64,000 nucleotides of DNA from Epithemia pelagica (lineage: Eukaryota; Protista; Bacillariophyta). A program made the position numbers and the translations under genes. Under the pieces are notes generated by a model. That model was not told the origin of the DNA, ran no database searches, and saw only the letters and a list, made by a program, of their open reading frames with translations. The stretch covers positions 3,748,028 through 3,812,027 of the forward strand of contig OX337235.1 of the NCBI GenBank assembly GCA_946965045.2. The letters are read 5' to 3'. Numbering within the stretch: position 1 is the stretch's first letter; the number at the start of each line of letters is the position of its first letter. This document shows, piece after piece, positions 10,213-20,954 of the stretch.

Positions 10213-13200
10213 TTAGAGGTGTGCGGGATTGGTCCCATTGGTAGATAAGGACGGAGGACCGCCTGCCCCGAAAGCGGCCGAATACGTAAACTGCGAAATG
10301 AGAATATTCCGACGTTCCCGTGGTAAGATCTTGGTGAAAAGATCAGCGATGTTGGATTCAGTATCTTCCTTGCCCACACGGATAATAGATGCCGCTGCTG
10401 CCTCGCGTACCGAGTGGTAGTTGATAGCATTGTGCCTCTTGCTCAAGACTGAAGACGGGAGACTCGTGTTTTTCACGACACCCCGGTTGTCACAGAGAAC
10501 ACTCGCCGGACCAACCAAAGGAACCCCAAACATCCGAAGTTTGTACCGTAATGCGACGATCATTTCCTTGGCGATACGAAGCGCGACAAATTCGCTGCCA
10601 AAACTTGAAGTTTCAACGGTATTTTGCCTCTTGGAGTACCACAAGATGGGAGCATTTTGCACAAAGATGAGTATACCGGTGTGAGATCGACGAGTGACAA
10701 CGTTTCCAGCATGGTCAGCATCCACGAAACATGTGATACTGACAGGACGCCCCAATGGTGGAGGCATTTTACTTGGAATCTCCTCGGCAACTTCGCCGTA
10801 AAACTCTTTCCAATCGTCAATTGGCACTTGGGGAAAACATGACTCATCCAGCACCACGTCCTTTGGATCAAAGACCAGCTTCAGCTTCGAGTGCGACTTG
10901 AGGAAAGCAAATATGTGATAGACTGCCTCCAAGTGACCGACCCTCGGGTTTGCCAAGAATTGTGAAAGAATGGACACTTCCAAGTAGATGTCCACTCGCC
11001 CAATCTCCACGGCCCAACGTAACACACCAATCAACTGTTGATACCGCGACGTTAATGCTGCGTTGAGTTCTGGGGTTGTGTCCAACTCCGGCTTGTAAGA
11101 AGAGACAACCGGTACCTTGGCCGTCGTTTTAAGGTGTTTCCCGTCCCCGTCTTCCTTGAGAAGATCTTCCACGATTCGAATCGCGTTGGCGACATATTTT
11201 TCACTGGACATGCCCCATGCCCATGACCCGCTTGGCAAGTTGTGTTTATATATCTGAGCGCCGAGATACACTGTTGGCTCACCCACGCTCCCTGCTTTGA
11301 TCTTGTAATGTTTATCAATCTCGTCAAGTACCGGATGCGGATCTTCGCTTACCAGTAGTATGTCATCCACATAGACTAATATGATCTCATAATATTCCTC
11401 TCCCGAGCTTCTCCTCGCCTTCCTCCGTAGGACACATGGATCCGCTTGGGTGTCAATGAAACCCATATCATAAAGGGTCACCATGAGCGTGGCCCGCCAA
11501 CTTGCACCGGAGGATTTCAGCCCGTATAGGGCCCTTACCATGACACAGACCTTTCCCTGAAACTCGTTCCCCACTTCCGGACCCCCATGAAACCAAATCT
11601 TCTCTCGACATGGCGCATTCAAGTAGGCATTACCTATATCACACGCGAGTACCTTTAGCCCATTGAGTGCGGCAATGAGAAAAGCAATCCTGATTGAGTC
11701 TCGGCTGACGACGCTCGAGTAGGTCAGGCTTGACGGCGCGTCAGTCATATGCCCCCCTGCCACGAGCCGTGCCTTCCTGGTAAGATCCATTTTTATGTCA
11801 AAAACCATATGACATTTAATTTCCGTATACCCGATGAGCTGCCGCCCTGCTCGTACCTCTTCTAGATCCAGATCGTCCCTCGCTTCCCATGCTACCTTCA
11901 CTACCCTGAGCTCCTTGTCTATCGCATCCCTCCAGAAGGTAGTTCCAGTTACCTCATCAATCTTTAGTGCCTCTTCAACCGAATGGGGTAGCTTTATCCC
12001 ATATTTCTCCGTGGTCTTCCAATATTTCTTCTTCACTTTCTTCACCATCCGACGCATATGGTTTAGCGTCTGTGGCACCCACCACTTGAATGCTGGTTCT
12101 TCCACTAGCCCTTGTGCGACCGCGTACTCTGCCAACTCGACTGCGTACCCATTTTTCGCGTCCCTAAGAGGTATCCACATTTGCGTCCCGTCTCGACATT
12201 CGACAGCTATTTCCCATCCTTTCGTCGTTTTCTTCGGGTGCCGATTCCCGTTCTGTCCCACATGGTATCCGTCCTCGATGGCCACAGCGTCCCCGTTTTT
12301 CCTGTGACCGACGATCTCCTGTATAACGACGTATCTCTTTCCCTCCGTGTCCAGCTGTGAATAGAGATTTTCCGCCACCAAGTTGGCAGTGTATTCCTGT
12401 ATCACGCCACCAGGAAAGCTTACCTGGTACGTTCTTGTGTCGAATTTCGGGTTTCGATTGGACTTTCCTACTGGCTTGCCATCTAACCCTTTTTGCCGTT
12501 TTTCCACTGTGCCAAACATCTGCTCACCTCCCATCTCGACTTGTATCTGTGCTCCGATGTACTCGTCGTATCCTTCCCCGTGCAAATCGGCCTCATCTGT
12601 CTCCTCGACGATCATGTCACCATATTCGTCGTCCGTTGGGACGATCCCGACACGTCCCCGTCTTTCCTCTTCCGGTTCTACATCCTCGAGATAACCCGGC
12701 CCATTTCCTTCTTCATCGGTGAAATTCTGATCGTCTAACCTCTCCTCAACAATCAACTTGAATTGTTTGACCCTTTCGGCAATGTCTGGCTTTCCCATAT
12801 CTTCTTCCGTGACATGTTGCACCGTTGTCCGAGCAATCACCTTTCCCCCCTTTGTCAAGATCCAGTAGCAAAGGTCACTCCCGATTCGATGCGCAATCCC
12901 TAACCAGTATCCCAGCTGCACGAGATCGTCCGCTGCATCTGTTTTGGCATTGTTGTGAAACCACACGAGGTCATAGAAGGAAAAATCAATCCACTCCGAG
13001 ATGTCCGGTGTATCTCCTGAGAGTCGTTCTAAGCCGGATCGGCCGTCATGTCCCCGGGCGACTCGACTGAGTACACCGGCCTCGTAAACAAGACCATAGT
13101 CCCAAAGCCTTCTTGGGACATGAAGATCCATGGCACGTCTGTGCCACCTCTGTTTGAGCAACCCGATCTCGCGTTCGGCACGGTGATTTTGTTTCCCCGT

Positions 13201-16200
13201 ATTGCGCTCTGTCCAGTGCATGTCAATACGATGCATGCGGACCAATTTCTGGAACATGGTGGATTCACCAACCTGCTCTCCGGCCATATCTGCCGTCATC
13301 TTGTCGGGTATGCCGACTTCATCAATGAACCTTGCAAGCGCTTGCCCGACATGTGCCTTGCTGACCATGGGATAAACCGAGGTGAACTGCCCGTCGGTGA
13401 AGACTTGGGCACACTTGTTCCCTGACAGCGAAGTCGTTTTCGAAAATAGAGTGTCCGTATAGATACGCGTTTGCAATCTGTTACGATGTAGGGCTAAGTT
13501 ATCCACGCGGTATCGTCGTGTGATAGGCGAGATAGCCGTCCGGATCCCCTGTTGGGTGGTTACTCGGAGGGTAGCCCGAGCCGAATCGAGTCCAATGCGC
13601 CACTTGCGACTGAGTGATTCCGGTGTGACTGCCCCATGTCGCGTGCTCTCCACCTGCTTGACACGCGGACGAGCGGCCAGCTCGCGGTTGATTCTTTGAG
13701 GTACCAGAGCAGCCGAGATCGCTCCGACCCCGGCCATGCCCATGTCATGCGTCTCGAGGTACGGACTGTCCCCTTTTTGCAACAAGTCTACCGTATGGGG
13801 ATCCCATTTTTCCTGCCGAGTAAGGACGACCGACGGCAAACTCTCGATGTCTTGAGGACTGGGTGCCCGGGACTCAAAATACACCGTCGTTCCGCGTAGC
13901 TGAAACGGAATGTGGAACCCATCGATCCATATCCCAAACCCTTCCTTGTCCTGCCGCGTCGGGTCATCTCGGACGTCATGCCCCGCGTGGCGCACCTGAT
14001 TTTGATTCAATAAGGATTTGTCTAATCTGTTACCGAACCACAGCATCTGATGACCAATAATCACAATTTCCATCCCAGACTTCCGATCCCTCACCACCGT
14101 TGCACATGTCGCGACTGGGACGGATGTTGCCCCCACTTGATTGCCAGCGAAATCATTCACTGTGCATTCCATGCCAGTTGTCTCCACCAAGGTCCAGTTG
14201 CGTCCAGCGCAACACGTATCTGCCATGGTATCCATTTCGTTTCTGCCAGTCTCTCCCCCGGATCCTTGCTTCAACAACCAACCTTTCTCCACCTTCCCGA
14301 CCCGTCTCTGCGGACCACAATTCACTACCGATATGCCATGGCGGCTACTCCCCGAATCGTCCCCATAAGCCCCGTTCCCGAACCTTCTCCCATTGGTGCT
14401 TCCGCGCTCTCCCTGAGTATTGCCGTCACTTCCCCTATTGCCGTCACTTCCCCCATTGCCCCCGCTGGTGGTGCGATTCCCCTCGTTGGTGATATCCGTG
14501 ATGACGGATTGGTTCTCCATTTGAATTTCGGCGACCCCACGGCCTCCACCACCATGTCGTCCACCACCGTGTCCTCGTCCACCGCGACCACGTCCCCGGC
14601 CACCGAAAGTACGGCCGCCACCACGACCGCCCTGTGCTCGAACACGTTCCCGTTCCTGATGGATGTAAGCTTGGCCACTGGGACCTAACAAGTTCATTTC
14701 TTGGCTTGAGAATCGGCGGGTGACATCAGTCACGTCCACGCCAAAGAAGGTGTAAACGCCATTGTTCTGCTCAAGGCCAGTAAAATTGCGCGGCCGATTA
14801 CTTGATGTGGCTTCCGAAACAAAGCGGTGACGTCCTTGGTTGCGACGGTTCCCGACAGCGACATCCGGGTAGATGTCAGATATCTCTCGAGAGATATACG
14901 CAATAGCCCCTTGAAGATCGGTCCGGTGGTTGCTTCGAACGTACGATTTAATCACAGCGAACTCTGCTGTCGCCACCTTCATATTGTCGATGAGAATCTT
15001 GACCTGGTTCGCCGTAGACCGGCGATTTGGGGTGCTATCCAACGTCCGAAAAGCACGCAATAGTTGTGCCGAGTACGAGTCAAAGCTAAATACACGTTCG
15101 TTTTGATAGACCACCGTTTCTAAAATAGCTTCAGCCTTGGAGATGCGACGCTCCTTCTGTCCCCCCCCATCGAAATGATCGACCAATGCCATCCATGCGC
15201 GTCGACCATCTTGTGAAGCCTGGAAAGGCTGAATCCACGTCGCAGGTTGATCCTTGACAAGGTCACTCAATAGGCGAAACACTTCCTTGTTGTCTTCTTT
15301 GAAGTACGGCCCACCTAGAGGGTAGCTATAGAGCTCTTGTTCCCTAGTGCTTGCAAAGACATGGGTAGGCGCTAAATCGGGACGAATCACGTAGTCCAAT
15401 GGTGCCTTCTGTTTTCCATAGATATGCGATAGGTAGGTTGGGAACTCTTGACTCCAATCCTCCCAGTCTTCTTCCTTGAGGGCAGAGGGCTTAATATCAG
15501 GTGCAGAGGATTTCTCCGACTGGATCTCCATCGCGTCCAGGGATTCGGCTAGGACAGCAGTTGTGAAGTCTCCGTAGTTAAGCGGACGGCCTTGACGACG
15601 CGCTCTGGCGGACCAGAAGCACATTCCTTGAATGTTCTTTACGACGCTTGAAGGAATCGCCACGTTGTGCGGGTACGGGCGCTTTTCCAGCCTCGACACC
15701 AGTTGGGTCACGTCATCCGATGTCATTCTTCCATATGACTCTAGGGTGTTAAGGCGTTCGGTATGTTCTAGGGCGTATATTTCGAAAGGATTCGCGCCAC
15801 ATACACTAAGTGCCATTCCCACAGCAGAGAGGGGTGGTGGTGGTGCTGGAACGCCTGGAGGTATTCCATCTCCTCCTCCTCCTCCAGCGCCACCACCGCC
15901 TGCTCCTCCTCCTCCGCCTCCAGCGCCGCCGCCTGCACCTCCTCCTGCACCTCCTCCTGCACCTCCTCCTGCAGCACCGCCCCCGCCTCCGCCTCCTGCG
16001 GCACCGCCACCATGTCCGCCTCCTCCCGCTCCCAGCGCACCACATCCTGCACCGGCTCCACCGCCGGCACCTCCCGTTCCGGCGCTTCCTGCGCCAGTCC
16101 CAGGCGCACCACCTGGTGCCGCCACTCCCGGGGCCGTTCCTGCAGCTGTCCCTGCTGCGGTTCCTCCTGTAGTTCCAGGTACACCTCCTGGCGGGTCACT

Positions 16201-16383
16201 CCCTCCCGCTCCCGTTCCCATACTTGCGCCATGGCGTGAAGTACGATCTCCTCCCCCATTCCCCGTGGCCCCGGGGTTCCCATTTCCGCTTCCGCCTCCA
16301 CTTCCGCTTCCGCTTCCGCTTCCGCTTCCGCTCCTTCCACTTGCAGTTGCAGTTTTCGTATTCGATCGTGTCGATGTAGCCAT
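10213..16383 (-). CDS. gag-pol: Gag-Pol polyprotein of B (2056 aa)
   Basis: Gly-rich N-terminus, RGG-rich NC region, DTMADT protease, YTDTLF/AEREIG integrase, KARLVAGG/YVDD RT, DADHAG/ADLFTK RNase H. Confidence 0.97.
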   Translation of the reverse strand: MATSTRSNTKTATASGRSGSGSGSGSGSGGGSGNGNPGATGNGGGDRTSRHGASMGTGAGGSDPPGGVPGTTGGTAAGTAAGTAPGVAAPGGAPGTGAGSAGTGGAGGGAGAGCGALGAGGGGHGGGAAGGGGGGGAAGGGAGGGAGGGAGGGAGGGGGGAGGGGAGGGGGDGIPPGVPAPPPPLSAVGMALSVCGANPFEIYALEHTERLNTLESYGRMTSDDVTQLVSRLEKRPYPHNVAIPSSVVKNIQGMCFWSARARRQGRPLNYGDFTTAVLAESLDAMEIQSEKSSAPDIKPSALKEEDWEDWSQEFPTYLSHIYGKQKAPLDYVIRPDLAPTHVFASTREQELYSYPLGGPYFKEDNKEVFRLLSDLVKDQPATWIQPFQASQDGRRAWMALVDHFDGGGQKERRISKAEAILETVVYQNERVFSFDSYSAQLLRAFRTLDSTPNRRSTANQVKILIDNMKVATAEFAVIKSYVRSNHRTDLQGAIAYISREISDIYPDVAVGNRRNQGRHRFVSEATSSNRPRNFTGLEQNNGVYTFFGVDVTDVTRRFSSQEMNLLGPSGQAYIHQERERVRAQGGRGGGRTFGGRGRGRGGRGHGGGRHGGGGRGVAEIQMENQSVITDITNEGNRTTSGGNGGSDGNRGSDGNTQGERGSTNGRRFGNGAYGDDSGSSRHGISVVNCGPQRRVGKVEKGWLLKQGSGGETGRNEMDTMADTCCAGRNWTLVETTGMECTVNDFAGNQVGATSVPVATCATVVRDRKSGMEIVIIGHQMLWFGNRLDKSLLNQNQVRHAGHDVRDDPTRQDKEGFGIWIDGFHIPFQLRGTTVYFESRAPSPQDIESLPSVVLTRQEKWDPHTVDLLQKGDSPYLETHDMGMAGVGAISAALVPQRINRELAARPRVKQVESTRHGAVTPESLSRKWRIGLDSARATLRVTTQQGIRTAISPITRRYRVDNLALHRNRLQTRIYTDTLFSKTTSLSGNKCAQVFTDGQFTSVYPMVSKAHVGQALARFIDEVGIPDKMTADMAGEQVGESTMFQKLVRMHRIDMHWTERNTGKQNHRAEREIGLLKQRWHRRAMDLHVPRRLWDYGLVYEAGVLSRVARGHDGRSGLERLSGDTPDISEWIDFSFYDLVWFHNNAKTDAADDLVQLGYWLGIAHRIGSDLCYWILTKGGKVIARTTVQHVTEEDMGKPDIAERVKQFKLIVEERLDDQNFTDEEGNGPGYLEDVEPEEERRGRVGIVPTDDEYGDMIVEETDEADLHGEGYDEYIGAQIQVEMGGEQMFGTVEKRQKGLDGKPVGKSNRNPKFDTRTYQVSFPGGVIQEYTANLVAENLYSQLDTEGKRYVVIQEIVGHRKNGDAVAIEDGYHVGQNGNRHPKKTTKGWEIAVECRDGTQMWIPLRDAKNGYAVELAEYAVAQGLVEEPAFKWWVPQTLNHMRRMVKKVKKKYWKTTEKYGIKLPHSVEEALKIDEVTGTTFWRDAIDKELRVVKVAWEARDDLDLEEVRAGRQLIGYTEIKCHMVFDIKMDLTRKARLVAGGHMTDAPSSLTYSSVVSRDSIRIAFLIAALNGLKVLACDIGNAYLNAPCREKIWFHGGPEVGNEFQGKVCVMVRALYGLKSSGASWRATLMVTLYDMGFIDTQADPCVLRRKARRSSGEEYYEIILVYVDDILLVSEDPHPVLDEIDKHYKIKAGSVGEPTVYLGAQIYKHNLPSGSWAWGMSSEKYVANAIRIVEDLLKEDGDGKHLKTTAKVPVVSSYKPELDTTPELNAALTSRYQQLIGVLRWAVEIGRVDIYLEVSILSQFLANPRVGHLEAVYHIFAFLKSHSKLKLVFDPKDVVLDESCFPQVPIDDWKEFYGEVAEEIPSKMPPPLGRPVSITCFVDADHAGNVVTRRSHTGILIFVQNAPILWYSKRQNTVETSSFGSEFVALRIAKEMIVALRYKLRMFGVPLVGPASVLCDNRGVVKNTSLPSSVLSKRHNAINYHSVREAAAASIIRVGKEDTESNIADLFTKILPRERRNILISQFTYSAAFGAGGPPSLSTNGTNPAHL

Positions 16384-16407
16384 TCTTCGTTCTTCTTTAC
16401 CAGACGA

Positions 16408-16421
16408 TGGGTCTGATAAAC
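16408..16421 (-). promoter_or_regulatory. Putative half-tRNA PBS of B (GTTTATCAGACCCA)
   Basis: Complement TGGGT-CT-GAT-AA-AC reads as a tRNA anticodon arm (nt 27-40) with a canonical CU-NNN-AA loop. Confidence 0.5.
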
Positions 16422-16599
16422 TGTCTTATTCTACTTGATAGAATCCGTTCCAAAGAAAGACTAAGATAAGCGTTACAACTACATCCATCGCATAAAACCA
16501 GTAAAGTGGCCCCCCGGCCATAAGGCCCAATCTACGTCGCCATAAGGCCCAATCTACGTCATGCTGACGTATCAATCCCGTATCGACCAGAATGAGACA
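16422..16599 (-). repeat. 5' LTR of B (178 bp)
   Basis: TGTCTCATTCT...AGAATAAGACA terminal inverted repeat, 10/11 match. Confidence 0.85.
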
Positions 16600-16660
16600 G
16601 ATGATTGCCCTGCTTGTGGTCACGGCTCGCTCGCAGATCTCGATCGCCCGAGACTTCTAT

Positions 16661-18097
16661 CGTTACCCCTAGCGGTAGGGTGAGTCATGGTCGTGAATGA
16701 CGGTGTGTGCAATCTGTTACTCACCCCCATGGCGCGATTTGCCTTTCTCGACTTTGACGAAAACTCACAACAACCACCACGCAAACAACACGAGGCCCAT
16801 CTTGTTGTGGTTGTAACATCACCCATGGCCCCTTGCAATCGCCACCGACATGTCGCGCCTATCTCTACTACTCCAAGGGACCCTTGTGGCATTTTATATG
16901 GCAGACGCGGACCCTGTTATTGGTCGAACCACTGATTACCAATAACGTGGAAATCCAACAAACAACAAACAACAAACAACCGATGACCCACCCTCCAAAC
17001 CCATTATGGATCCCTGTTGCCTCCCTTGCAGTGCCTGTTGTTGTCTCTTTCCCCTCTCTCCCTACATGCCTGTCAACCACCACCTTCCGTCGCCGACAAA
17101 CCTTTGTTTCATGAAACATACCAACCAAGACCCTAAACCAACCATGAGAAATCAGAGAAGGAGCAGTAGATGATTTGACAATCAACCGCCATTGTGGTGC
17201 TATTGGTGTGAAAAGGACAATGCCTGTATGGTCGATCAGGTTTGTTGGACAACAAAATCATTTTCGTTACCCTGCAAGCGAGGACACGTTTCACGTGCCA
17301 CCAGACTTTGAATTCTATTTTGGTATTGAAAAAGTCTTTTTGCAAAGTTAATTGCTCAATGCGTGGCACACCTCCATTGCTTGGCAAACAATCGCACAGA
17401 GGACTTGTCCTAATCATGGTGGCAATAGTATTGCTTGCTGAGTCCCCAGTTATTTGAGAAGGCCGATCGAATGGCAAACCAGCCGCAGTCCTTTACACTA
17501 ATGTGTGACAAACTTCATGATACGAATGATTGACCCAACAAGAGCCATCAACATTCAGGATGCCCCCTTCTTGTACAGAAGCATTTCTCAAGGTGGTAAG
17601 ACGACGTTGAATTCAACAAAGTGCTCCTTCCACAGTATTCAATTGAACAGAAACGACCACACACGAGCAGGTTTTCCAGGCGCCGAACGCTCAAAACATC
17701 CGAACATGAGGCTATGGTAAAAATAAATGTGTATGAAGTTACTGTAGCCATAATAGGTTGGGAGGATGGGTCATCGGTTTGGTTGTTGTTTGATGGATTT
17801 CCACGTTATTGGTAGTCAGTGGTTCGACCAATAACAGGGTCCGCGTCTGCCATATAAAATGCCACAAGGGTCCCTTGGGGTAGTAGAGATAGGAGCGACA
17901 TGTCGGTGGCGATTGCAAGGGACCATGGCTGTTGTTACAACCACAGCAAGATTGGCCTCGTGTTGTTTGCGTGGTGGTTGTTGTGAGTTTTCGTCAAAGT
18001 CGAGAAATCGCCGATTTTGAGGATCGCGCCTTGGGGGTGAGAATCAGAATGCACCCTCTCTCATTCACGACCAGGACTCACCCTTCCGCTAGGGGGT
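16661..18097. mobile_element. Non-autonomous long-TIR DNA transposon (MULE/hAT/foldback-like)
   Basis: ~350-bp imperfect inverted arms (16661-17009 and 17748-18097), ~740-bp non-coding core, 8-bp direct repeat ACTTCTAT at 16653-16660 and 18098-18105. Confidence 0.75.
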
Positions 18098-18792
18098 ACT
18101 TCTATTGTACAACTGACATACGCGTATCCCACGTGGGAATCAGTTGGACCACATACATGTTCACCTTCCGCCTTGCAACATGGCCCCAACCTCTTGTTGG
18201 TAACTGACTGTGGTTTCAGCCACGAACAAGCAATGTCTTCAATCACGAGGGCAACATGACTCGTTCGTCTCAACCAACCACCACAAAATAGTTCCAATAC
18301 AGACTCTGTCATTGGGGACTTGTCGACCTGGACGTGTGGAACCTGCCCTAATATAGTATCGTCCTTCGTATGGCTCGGAGTCGTCCTCGTTTTCGTGCTC
18401 GTCGTACTCTCCGTTGTCTGTCGCATGACTTGATCAAACTCTCAAGTGTACACAAAAGACCGGATCTGCCAAGAATAAGCCACATTCATTGTCGCTGTGG
18501 CTCTGGACGAAACAACAAGGATAGCTGGCCATGGCGAATTGGTCCGACTGTCACAAACGTCATGGCTTCAGAAGGAAATTCGTGTGAGGTCATATGCTAT
18601 GTAACATGCTGGGAGTTGCTCTTTGATCTCCGTCTATTGTAATGTCTTTTCCGGCAGAGCCAGCCACTCCAGTTTAGGTATAGTGTTTGAAAAGCATTTC
18701 ATTAACTTATATAATTCACAACGGAGTTAAGGATAAACACGATCCCCTCTTTTGCACGAGCGTATAATGGCCACCTGATATAGATGCCGGGC

Positions 18793-20045
18793 TCATGGTC
18801 GTGCAACCTGTTGCACATTTCCAGTGTCATCCTCCCCTTGGTCACAATCAGGATAATCTAGGGTCCTCAATCGTTTAAGAGTCGACGACGAGATGGTCCA
18901 GGATGTTACATTGACATCTCCGTCGCCCGATCTTTCATCACAATGATACCATTCAATCCGAGGCTGCTCAAAGAGTTGACGAAAACACCATGTATTCTTG
19001 TCCATTAGTGGTAATGTCGCACAGGTAGGACTGTCCATTCCACTAATCACGGCAATTTGATTGCCAACAGTCACCATACTGCAGTCTTCACGATGATTTT
19101 CGAATTGTGGGAGATTCCACATGCGATTGCGGTGGGTATCCAAGACTTCCACGGCTTTAGTCCATCCTCCCGTGACAACAAGACAAGATCCCACAACAAC
19201 CACTGCAGAACTATTATGTGGGTCGGAAAGCGCCAAATCAGAATGAGTGGTCCAAGCCGACGAGAATGAAGTGACTGTAGCAGCCGTGTCTTCCTTTATC
19301 TCATCATTGTAACAAGGCCTTGGAAAGTCCCAGAATTCCACCGAGTGTATTCGTTCTCTGCAGCCGCCAACGACAAAGATGCGGTGACCAATGACCGCAC
19401 TGGCACACCTTTGTCGTGGAACGTTCATGGATGGTCCCGCAATGACAGTATGATTGCTGGTATCAACAATATCGACCGACGACAAATACGACTTCTGCCC
19501 CCTGTTGTATCCTCCCATTACCACAATGTATCGCTTGTGCACCGCAACAGCACAACATAAACCTCGTCCCGTTGATAAGCGACAATTCAATGTGGTCCAA
19601 CGGCTCTCATGTGTGTTGCTTGATGTAGAAAATGGTGGTATCAAGGTGTTGGCATGAATCCGTTCGATAGAATCCAAATGTGAAAGACTTTCATCGTTTC
19701 CTCCTCCAATCACGTAGATGCGTCTGTTGCACACAACAGCGGCGTGTCGTCGGCGTCTCTGGTTCATGGGTGGTCCTTCTTGCCACTGCTTGTCCGGTTT
19801 TGCTAAATTCAATACAAGAACGGAATTGGTAACATGCCAACCTTCGTCGACTCCTCCCATCACGACGATCGTTTGTCCGTTGTGGTTGTGATTGTTGTTC
19901 TTATCGGGATGATCCACTACGACTGACGAATGATCGTAACGCCGTCTGCCCTTCAGAGGAGGCCAATCGGTTTCATTCCATTCGGCTGTCTCGTCCAAAA
20001 GGACAAGGCCCGACTGCCATGCTTTTTTTTCAGTGTCGTGACCAT
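18793..20045 (-). pseudogene. Kelch-repeat gene K2, full length but with a 1-nt deletion in an A8 run just after the family ATG
   Basis: Kelch blades plus family motifs WQSGLVL..EWNE.DWPPL and CATLPLMDKNTWCFRQL; 1253 nt from ATG 20045 is not a multiple of 3; the ORF finder used upstream GTG 20085. Confidence 0.8.
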
Positions 20046-20672
20046 GGTTCCAAACGGTGACTGGAGAATTTATGAGGATCGACACTGTATCACTTTATTG
20101 TGAGAGGTTCGTGGGTTTTCTGCCCTTGATGTGTGCGGATGGGTGTGGACTGGAAGCAGGACTAACTTGACGAAATAGATGGATCGAAACGAGATTGGTC
20201 GCTGTCGTCGCGAGACAAACTGTGACCGTTATAGTCCCACCAAACGAAGAAAGCCACACGCATCCTATGCATTCGAAATACCACCGTGGATAGTTTTGGA
20301 TACCGAAATACACCTCACGGCGAGACTGACAACCCCTGGGGTATCCTCAGACAAGACTCGCAGAAGCAGAATGGCAGGATTGGTGCGATTCGTTTCCGTC
20401 AGTTTGTGGTTGTTGCGGATGCCGCTTGCAATGGGCGGTAGAGTACTGCAGCAATGCAAAGGCTCCACAGTCTGTTTGGTTGTTGGTTCGCAACAAATAA
20501 GCAACACCGTGGATGGATCGTAATTCGAACTGTTGTTGTTCCATCCTGCTACTAGTACTGCTGGTCCTCGATGCAATGTCTCTGTGTTCTGAATGATTGT
20601 TCCTGTTTCTCATTGTCGTTGTACTACTGGTCGGGTCATTGTTGTCGTCCATTTCTTCCGATTCCTCGTCAC

Positions 20673-20905
20673 TGTTGAGACAAGATAGCGCGCCCAAGGA
20701 AACACAGGACCAAACCGCGACTCCCAAGAGGGTGCAGTGGATGACGAACACAAAGGAAGCCGAATGGCAAGTGGTGCAACCACGTAAGAGGCACAGTCAT
20801 TCAAAACCTGAGGAGGCGCAACAAAACGTTCATTCTTTTTAAAATAGAAGTAAATTGGTTTCCTTTTGTTGCCTGTACAGCACGATCGGTTGACTGGTTT
20901 CAACA
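20673..20905 (+). repeat. 5' LTR of C (233 bp)
   Basis: Matches 26499-26637 joined to 29783-29878, with one substitution and one 2-nt indel seen. Confidence 0.96.
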
Positions 20906-20919
20906 TATTTTAAAAAGAA
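20906..20919 (+). promoter_or_regulatory. Self-priming-type PBS TATTTTAAAAAGAA
   Basis: Exact reverse complement of LTR nt 20833-20846 (TTCTTTTTAAAATA); starts at the first base after the LTR CA. Confidence 0.75.
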
Positions 20920-20954
20920 AACTAACACTGTTGTTCACCTCAAAGCCTGAGTGC

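Larger units (their letters stand above)
9999..16599 (-). mobile_element. Ty1/copia (CoDi-like) LTR retrotransposon, family B; intact single ORF
   Basis: LTR copies identical over 168 nt; 2056-aa gag-pol; no TSD because the outer end of the 3' LTR is deleted. Confidence 0.97.

Noticed and set aside
15632-16438. Antisense Pro-rich ORF and other-frame Glu/Arg/Leu-rich ORFs
   Set aside because: Shadows of the Gly-rich, stop-poor Gag N-terminus of family B.
10003-16599. 164-bp LTR boundary for B and a chimeric or cDNA-capture explanation for the missing TSD
   Set aside because: An 11-nt terminal inverted repeat and the PBS-like arm favour a 178-bp LTR with a clipped 3' copy.
17133-17477. FNTKIEFK segment as a MuDR transposase remnant in the long-TIR element
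   Set aside because: Short match, expected Cys/Trp motifs not in the right order, no DDE remnant.
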